In this document: positions 17,864 through 23,267 of the stretch, piece after piece
Layout of the letters: the number at the start of each line of letters is the position of its first letter
How positions within the stretch are numbered: position 1 is the first letter of the stretch
Origin: Candidatus Iainarchaeum sp.
Lineage (GTDB): Archaea > Iainarchaeota > Iainarchaeia > Iainarchaeales > Iainarchaeaceae
Direction: 5' to 3'
Length of the DNA stretch: 23,267 bases
Assembly (NCBI GenBank): GCA_043812975.1
Contig: JBDRLP010000023.1
Span: 1-23,267, forward strand
The notes under the pieces: model-generated
What the model was told of the DNA's origin: nothing
The model's input: the letters and a program-made list of their open reading frames with translations, nothing else
Databases searched by the model: none
Made by a program: the position numbers and the translations under genes

Positions 17864-17915
17864 TTTTCTTTCTTTTTCGCCAAGGTTTTTCTTTCTTTTT
17901 TAAAAGAAAGAAAAA
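17864..17915 (+). repeat. Mirror repeat plus inverted repeat (potential intrastrand triplex or terminator-like element)
   Basis: TTTTCTTTCTTTTT (17864-17877), CGCCAAGG, TTTTTCTTTCTTTT (17886-17899), TT, AAAAGAAAGAAAAA (17902-17915). Confidence 0.75.
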
Positions 17916-17921
17916 GATTGT

Positions 17922-17993
17922 GCTCCTATGGGGTAATGGATAGCCTTCAAGCTTGCGGAGCTTGAGACCCGAGTTCGATTCTCGGTAGGAGCG
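17922..17993 (+). tRNA. tRNA-Arg(GCG)
   Basis: Acceptor stem GCTCCTA/TAGGAGC; anticodon stem CAAGC/GCTTG with loop TTGCGGA (GCG at 17955-17957); T-arm CCGAG-TTCGATT-CTCGG; no encoded CCA. Confidence 0.95.
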
Positions 17994-18009
17994 AATAATT
18001 ACCTTTTCA

Positions 18010-18061
18010 GTCCTACTGAGCTCAAGCGAAGTGGACGCGTACCCCACAGTCGCAACTGTGG
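18010..18061 (+). mobile_element. Short multi-hairpin element, copy 2
   Basis: GTCCTACTGAG..GAAGTGGACGC..CCACAGTCGCAACTGTGG shares three ordered blocks with 10225-10294. Confidence 0.7.
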
Positions 18062-18090
18062 CTCGGGTTCAATTCTCGGCAGGAGCGAAT
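18062..18090 (+). repeat. Degenerate duplicate of the tRNA-Arg 3' end
   Basis: CTCGGGTTCAATTCTCGGCAGGAGCGAAT versus CCCGAGTTCGATTCTCGGTAGGAGCGAAT (17968-17996): 25/29 identical, and all 4 differences are transitions. Confidence 0.85.
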
Positions 18091-18149
18091 CTTTTTTTAA
18101 ACTACAACAAAATCAGTGTTATTAAATAGTTTTAGATTATAATTTAAAT

Positions 18150-18635
18150 ATGCCAATGATAAGAAAAAACGGCAGAACAAGACAAAAGCCTTCTGGAAGA
18201 AATAAACCAAAAACCATACTCCAACAAAAAACACCTGCTTCTGGACTTACTAAACAGCCAAAAACAAGACGAACTAAATCCATTGTATCCGGAACAGGTA
18301 GAAGAAAAACTGAAAGAAGGATTTCCTTAAGACTAGATAAAAAAGAGCGAAGGCACAGAATCCGCCTTAAAAGAAAGGAAAAACAAAAATTGAAACAATA
18401 TCAAGTTAATCGCCTTAGACTCGGAAAACTAGTAGCTGTTTGTGCAAATTGTGGCGCATCAAAATATAGAGGTTCTTTTTACGATACAGGAGTAACTCCA
18501 AAAGAATGGGGAAAAATTTCAACAAGTATTAAGAATCATAAAGGAAAACCAAATTTAAGCCACGGAATTTGTGGCACTTGTGTTAGAATTCTTTATCCTG
18601 ATATTGCAGAAAAATGGGAAAGTGGAGGCAACTAA
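18150..18635 (+). CDS. Highly basic protein with a C-terminal putative Zn-binding module (CxxC...HGICxxC)
   Basis: K/R-rich N-terminal ~90 aa; VCANCG and SHGICGTC; TTATTAAA about 23 nt upstream. Confidence 0.7.
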   Translation: MPMIRKNGRTRQKPSGRNKPKTILQQKTPASGLTKQPKTRRTKSIVSGTGRRKTERRISLRLDKKERRHRIRLKRKEKQKLKQYQVNRLRLGKLVAVCANCGASKYRGSFYDTGVTPKEWGKISTSIKNHKGKPNLSHGICGTCVRILYPDIAEKWESGGN

Positions 18636-19103
18636 ATGGTATTCGGACTTGGAGTAGGGAAAATTGATTTGAAATTAGAGAAAACTGTTTTTAATCCCGG
18701 GGAAACTATTCAGGGAGAAGTAAAACTGAAAGTGAATAAACAAATTAAAGCTAAAGGAGTTAAGGTTGTTCTGAATGCAACGAGACAAACTTCCAGTTAT
18801 TCAAACGGAAGAAGAACAAGCAACACTCAAACACTTTATAATTTTGAACAGGAAATGGATGTGGAAAGAGATTATAATCCAAGTGAAGGAGAAAAAATTT
18901 ACAAGTTTCAATTGCAGGTTCCTACAGGGATTGGAAAAAAACCTGAGATAGGCAATGAGGCACTTGGTCAAATAGTTAATGTTGCAAGTATGCTTTCTGG
19001 TAGTTCAAGTCAGATTAAATGGGTATTAACAGCAAAACTTGATATTCCAATGGGTTTTGATGTTGCAAAAACAGTTCAGATAAGTGTTTCTGAAAATAAG
19101 TAA
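18636..19103 (+). CDS. Arrestin-N/SpoOM-like beta-sandwich protein
   Basis: IDLKLEKTVFNPGETIQGEVKL..IKAKGVKVVL..YKFQLQVP..IKWVLTAKLDIP matches the arrestin/SpoOM pattern; GGAGG SD upstream. Confidence 0.7.
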   Translation: MVFGLGVGKIDLKLEKTVFNPGETIQGEVKLKVNKQIKAKGVKVVLNATRQTSSYSNGRRTSNTQTLYNFEQEMDVERDYNPSEGEKIYKFQLQVPTGIGKKPEIGNEALGQIVNVASMLSGSSSQIKWVLTAKLDIPMGFDVAKTVQISVSENK

Positions 19104-19279
19104 AGATATTAGAAAAATTAGATGTGGAAGCCAAAGCAGGTAACACTAATATACTTCACGGAAAATACTATCAACATGATTTCCGAATTCCAAAAAGCCA
19201 AGTAAAGGCATTTAAAGATGTTCTAACTGAAAATTACTTACCTAAACGCAAAGACAGATTAGAAACAATACATTCTCTT

Positions 19280-19397
19280 GCGGGAGTCCGATAGCGGCAA
19301 TTCGGACGGGTTTAGGAAGCTTATAAGTCAATATGATTTTCTGCTTGAAACACCCGTTGGCTTAGCGCCTTCGCAGGTTCGAGTCCTGCCTCCCGCA
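19280..19397 (+). tRNA. tRNA-Leu(TAG) with a 35-nt intron (19317-19351) at canonical position 37/38
   Basis: Acceptor GCGGGAG/CTCCCGC plus discriminator A; anticodon stem ACGGG/CCCGT, TAG at 19313-19315; long variable arm GGC-TTAGC-GCC; T-arm GCAGG-TTCGAGT-CCTGC. BHB: helix TTTA/TGAA, bulges GG^A and AC^A, outer helix AGC/GCT. Confidence 0.93.
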
Positions 19398-19449
19398 TTA
19401 TTCTACTTTAAACCTATAACAATAAATAGTTATTAAATCAAATTCATTT

Positions 19450-20307
19450 ATGGTTAAAGAAAACATTATTGTTGAGCTTATTCCGTGGATGCATTATTTT
19501 CCGACACTGGCTCATGAAGATGTAGTTAAACATGTTAAGAGATTACCAAAAAACTCTACTATCGCAATTGAATTACCCCAGGCTCATGCTGAACTTGTAA
19601 ACTTAGCTATAAGTTCTTTTAGAGGAGAAAAAAGGGGGCTTGACAGGCTTAGTGTTGGTTTAGACGAATTAAGAAAAGTATTGCCTGATGACTTTTGGGC
19701 GGTAATGGAAGTTTTAACACAATGCAAAAAAAGGAATATTAAAGTAATTCCTATTGAGTCAAAAGCCTTATTTGACAAAGTTCATTCAATTGACATTGAA
19801 AGACCAAGAAATCATCCTGAACTTAAAGCAACGATAGATGTTGACGTTAAAAGAGAAAAATTTTTCGTTAATGAGATTATAAAACTATTAAATAGTTCTA
19901 GGAAAAGTGGAGTAGTCCACACTCGATTATATGTTTTAAGCGGTGCTGCTCATTGTTCACCGATGAGAAGAATGCTACTCGAGAGAGGCTACAATGCAGA
20001 ATTAAATACTTCTATATTTACTAAACAGAGCCAAATAGAAAGAGGAATTAGGACTGATAACTTAATTAGGCAAGCTTGTGATACCGGAGAATATAGAGGA
20101 GACTTAATTGATTTGGTACATAGATTATTAACTGATATTCGGAAAGATAATGAGGCCAAAAAAGATATTTTAGTTAAGGAAATAGAATCAGCATTGTTTC
20201 CTAAAAGTAAACATAAAAGAAGAATTGTGATAAGGAAAAGTACTAATAGAAAATCACTTGCGAGAAAAACTCGAAAAATAAAATCCGCTCAACCTAGGCG
20301 AAGATAA
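19450..20307 (+). CDS. Hypothetical protein, possibly EreA/ChaN/TraB-like fold, with a very basic C-terminal tail
   Basis: Ordered motifs MHY, IAIELP, CKKRNIKVIPIE, KREKFF and LSGAAH resemble that superfamily. The last ~30 aa are K/R-rich. Confidence 0.6.
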   Translation: MVKENIIVELIPWMHYFPTLAHEDVVKHVKRLPKNSTIAIELPQAHAELVNLAISSFRGEKRGLDRLSVGLDELRKVLPDDFWAVMEVLTQCKKRNIKVIPIESKALFDKVHSIDIERPRNHPELKATIDVDVKREKFFVNEIIKLLNSSRKSGVVHTRLYVLSGAAHCSPMRRMLLERGYNAELNTSIFTKQSQIERGIRTDNLIRQACDTGEYRGDLIDLVHRLLTDIRKDNEAKKDILVKEIESALFPKSKHKRRIVIRKSTNRKSLARKTRKIKSAQPRRR

Positions 20308-20946
20308 TTATCTAGGCAAATAACCCTTTGCATGTTTTACAACTATTTCGGAGTCAAGCCAGATTTTGTAACCAAGTTCTTTTGCGCGCTCGCTGAAAAC
20401 CTGATCCTCAGTTACTAAAGAACCATCATCCAATGGACGCAAATCAAATGCTCTTGGTTTGAATTTTTCGAAAAGTTTTCTTGCTATAACTGATTTGAAA
20501 GCACAAAAACCAAAACCAATTGCGTCAACTTCAATTAATCCGTTTAATTCTGATTCTTCCAGCCACTTATATCTTTCACCATCAGCATGATAAGCAACTG
20601 GTCTAATACCATCATCAAGCGGGTTAAAATAAACTCCTGAAACAAAATCTTTTCCTGAATCTAAGTGAGAAATTAATTGCTGAATCTGTTTGAAGTTGAA
20701 AACAATATCATTATCAATCCAGAGAAAATAATCAAACAAAAAACCAGGGTTTGTTTCTTCAAACTTGAAAGTTCTTCTCACTAATTCGTTTCTGTTTTCA
20801 AAAATCATCGGAGAAGCAACAGTAAAAACCGCAGTATTATAGGCCATCATTAGTTGTCCTATTGTCTGGGTAAAAGACTTAAAGAAGCTGAAATCCACAA
20901 ATTTACCGCTTGGAATGCATATGCAAATGTTTTTTTTGTCTGCCAT
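20308..20946 (-). CDS. GT-A fold (GT2-like) glycosyltransferase
   Basis: ICICIP, RNEL, DYFLWIDNDIVF (DxD), VSGVY, VDAIGFGF, TEDQVF, KIWLD..VKH. Confidence 0.85.
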   Translation of the reverse strand: MADKKNICICIPSGKFVDFSFFKSFTQTIGQLMMAYNTAVFTVASPMIFENRNELVRRTFKFEETNPGFLFDYFLWIDNDIVFNFKQIQQLISHLDSGKDFVSGVYFNPLDDGIRPVAYHADGERYKWLEESELNGLIEVDAIGFGFCAFKSVIARKLFEKFKPRAFDLRPLDDGSLVTEDQVFSERAKELGYKIWLDSEIVVKHAKGYLPR

Positions 20947-20986
20947 GAAGGATTAAATATAGGGAAAGCCTTTTTAGTATTGATTT

Positions 20987-22453
20987 TTGATGCTTGTAAG
21001 GCTTGGATTGGATGATTTAAAAGTTGTTCTGAGAGATTCCGGAGAACTGCTAAAATGGAGTTCAATTCTCTACATACTGCCAATACTGGCAGGAATCTGG
21101 TTCAGAGAAAACCCTGATTTTATTATTATTTATGGTTTAACCGGATTATTCAGTTTCTTTTTGGGAATGGCTTTGAAAAAGCTTTTCAGGACAGATCAGG
21201 ACACTGACTTAAAACACGCTTTTATGATTGTTGGGTTAGTGTGGATTGTTTTTACCGTGATTTCAGCAGTACCGTTTTCCCTTATAATGGGAATGCAGTT
21301 TTTGGATTCTTTTTTTGAAGCAATGAGTGCAATAACCACAACCGGATTAAGCATGATGGTAACCATTATTGATTCCGCGCCTAAAAGTCTTATTTTATGG
21401 CGATCATTACTTTCATGGATTGGCGGTGTTGGAATTGTTGTATTAAGTTTGATGGGTATTTTTACAACTTACACTAAATCAGCAAAACTCATGGTTGCTG
21501 AAGGCCGAGAAGAACTAATACGACCAAACCTGAAAAATACTGCAAAAGAAATCTGGATTGTTTATGTGTTCCTCACAATACTTAGTCTGGGATTATTGTT
21601 TTTTGTGGGAATGGATTTTTTCTCAGCAGTAAACTATTCAATGTCGGCAATTTCCACAACAGGAATGGATATAACATCAACCGGATTAGTCGGAATTGAT
21701 AACCCCTTAATAAGTTTAAGTTTAGTCCTGATAATGCTTGTAGGAGCTACTTCGTTTTCAGCACACTATTTGTTTATCAGAAAAAAAGAATTCGGGGCTT
21801 ATTTCAAAGATAATGAATTTAAAATTATGATTTCTATCCTGATTATTTCGGTGATAGTGATTCTTCCAAAAATGATGATCTTTTACCCTGATACAATAAC
21901 CGCTGTTGAAACTGCACTTTTCCATAATTCTTCAGCATTAACCTGCGGCGGATTTTTTAATGTTCCTTTAGGAGATATTGCAAAATGGGATGATTTTATA
22001 TTAGTGGTTTTAATGGGTTTAATGGTTATTGGGGGAAGTTCTGGTTCAACTGCCGGAGGAATAAAAATATCAAGAATAATTATTTTTGCAAAATCAATCT
22101 ACTGGAGAATAAAGGAACTTATTCTTCCGAAAGATTCTTACTTCCAAAAAAAGTTTGAAGGAAAACCAATTGAAAACCGATTAATCAGAGAAGTTAATCA
22201 GTTCATACTTCTTTACCTGCTTATTATCTTTGTTGGCGTATTCGTATTAACAATGCAGGGAACCGGGTTTACTGACGCATTATTCGTAGTTATTTCAGCA
22301 CAGGGAAATGTGGGCCTTGATGTAGGTGTTGTAAATACTTTGCTTCCGCTTGCATCAAAAATAATGCTTATCCTCAGCATGTGGATTGGAAGGCTTGAAA
22401 TAATACCGCTACTTTCAGCAATAGGGTTTGCCCTGAGTTTTAGGAAAAGTTAA
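20987..22453 (+). CDS. trkH: Trk potassium uptake membrane subunit
   Basis: FFEAMSAITTTG, WIGGVG, STTG, GGSSGSTAGGIKISR, GNVG, GRLEI; multiple TM segments. Confidence 0.95.
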   Translation: MMLVRLGLDDLKVVLRDSGELLKWSSILYILPILAGIWFRENPDFIIIYGLTGLFSFFLGMALKKLFRTDQDTDLKHAFMIVGLVWIVFTVISAVPFSLIMGMQFLDSFFEAMSAITTTGLSMMVTIIDSAPKSLILWRSLLSWIGGVGIVVLSLMGIFTTYTKSAKLMVAEGREELIRPNLKNTAKEIWIVYVFLTILSLGLLFFVGMDFFSAVNYSMSAISTTGMDITSTGLVGIDNPLISLSLVLIMLVGATSFSAHYLFIRKKEFGAYFKDNEFKIMISILIISVIVILPKMMIFYPDTITAVETALFHNSSALTCGGFFNVPLGDIAKWDDFILVVLMGLMVIGGSSGSTAGGIKISRIIIFAKSIYWRIKELILPKDSYFQKKFEGKPIENRLIREVNQFILLYLLIIFVGVFVLTMQGTGFTDALFVVISAQGNVGLDVGVVNTLLPLASKIMLILSMWIGRLEIIPLLSAIGFALSFRKS

Positions 22454-22490
22454 AAAGGAGTAGAAACTTTCATTATTAGGTGATTTTTAA

Positions 22491-23144
22491 GTGTACATAA
22501 TAATTGTCGGAGGAGGAGATTTAGGGTTTTATCTTGCCCAGATTCTTTTGGACGAAGAACACGATGTTGTAATTATTGATAAAGATGAAAAGAGATGTGA
22601 GAAAATCTCAAGCGAACTTGATCTTGTAGTTCAGAAAGGAGATGCTACTGAAACCAAAACACTGGAAAAAGCAGGTATAAAGGAAGCCGATGCACTTGTT
22701 GCTTTAACAGGCCAGGATGAAACCAACATGGTTATTTCGCTTCTTGCAAAAGAACTTGGAGCTAAAAACGTTGCAACAAGAATTGGTAAAATAGATTATG
22801 ACGAAATGGTGCTGAAAAAACTCGGAATCGATATTGTTATTCACCCGGAAGCAGCTGCTGCGGGTTATATTTCAGAATTAATTACAAAACCAGAAGTACT
22901 TGATTTAGCTTTTATTTCAAGAGGGCAGGCTGAAATAATGGAACTTGAAATAACTGAAAAATCAAAAATTGTCGGTAAAAAAATAAGTGAAATAGAACAC
23001 CCAAGCGGTTCTGCAATAGTTGCTCTTTATGAAAATGACAACCTGATTATTCCTGATAAAGATACAGAAATTAATGTTGGTTCAAAAATACTTATTCTCG
23101 CAAAAAGAGAAGTTGCTGAAAAAGTCAGAAAACTTATAATCTGA
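22491..23144 (+). CDS. trkA: Trk potassium uptake NAD-binding regulatory subunit (RCK N and C domains)
   Basis: GTG start with AGGTGA SD; IIIVGGGDLG, GDAT..LEKAGI..AD, DETN and a TrkA-C domain; adjacent to trkH. Confidence 0.95.
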   Translation: MYIIIVGGGDLGFYLAQILLDEEHDVVIIDKDEKRCEKISSELDLVVQKGDATETKTLEKAGIKEADALVALTGQDETNMVISLLAKELGAKNVATRIGKIDYDEMVLKKLGIDIVIHPEAAAAGYISELITKPEVLDLAFISRGQAEIMELEITEKSKIVGKKISEIEHPSGSAIVALYENDNLIIPDKDTEINVGSKILILAKREVAEKVRKLII

Positions 23145-23267
23145 TTATTGTTTTTCTTCTTCTGGCAAAGGAGTTCTTCTTTTAGTGGAATCCTTTCCAA
23201 AACCTAAAGAATGCATAAAACTTGCAATAACAGACTTCGGACCACGAACTCTAGGTTCTTGATGATA
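23145..23267 (-). CDS. 3' end of an unidentified gene truncated by the window edge
   Basis: Open minus-strand frame ...YHQEPRVRGPKSVIASFMHSLGFGKDSTKRRTPLPEEEKQ* whose stop abuts the trkA stop. Confidence 0.4.
   Translation of the reverse strand, partial: YHQEPRVRGPKSVIASFMHSLGFGKDSTKRRTPLPEEEKQ

Noticed and set aside
17859..18047. 62-aa minus-strand ORF
   Set aside because: It is antisense to tRNA-Arg and the repeat elements.
10225..18061. Hairpin elements as CRISPR repeats or hammerhead ribozymes
   Set aside because: There is no regular repeat-spacer array and no cas gene. The hammerhead core CUGANGA...GAAA is not present (only CTGAG...CGAAG in one copy). Other ribozyme classes cannot be excluded without an Rfam search.
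18091..19279. Integrated provirus or island between the two tRNAs
   Set aside because: There is no integrase or viral hallmark gene and no att repeat enclosing these genes; the only tRNA duplicate lies before them.
20987..22453. TCGG in place of TTTG at the third TrkH pore loop as altered ion selectivity
   Set aside because: The filter glycine is retained and such variation is common among Trk/Ktr proteins.

Overview
AT-rich archaeal chromosomal segment, most likely from a DPANN lineage (lineage is inference). Archaeal signals: PolB, type II MetAP, tRNA-Arg(GCG), a BHB-intron tRNA-Leu(TAG), no encoded CCA and TATA-like promoters. The left 14.4 kb is an uncharacterised envelope locus. It holds two tandem paralogous giant surface proteins (one 5'-truncated, one 2423 aa) with Gly-zipper-flanked variable inserts, five small membrane proteins (three clearly paralogous), two coiled-coil proteins and a HerA/VirB4-like protein whose Walker motifs look degenerate. 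The right part has polB (steric-gate Tyr replaced by His), map, two tRNAs with small accessory genes, a GT-A glycosyltransferase and trkH-trkA. Non-coding highlights: a family of short GC-rich multi-hairpin elements, two copies of which are each directly followed by a duplicate of upstream sequence (one in frame at a gene start, one duplicating a tRNA 3' end), and a perfect 14-triad intrastrand triplex motif just upstream of tRNA-Arg. All protein calls come from reading motifs by eye; no database search was run.
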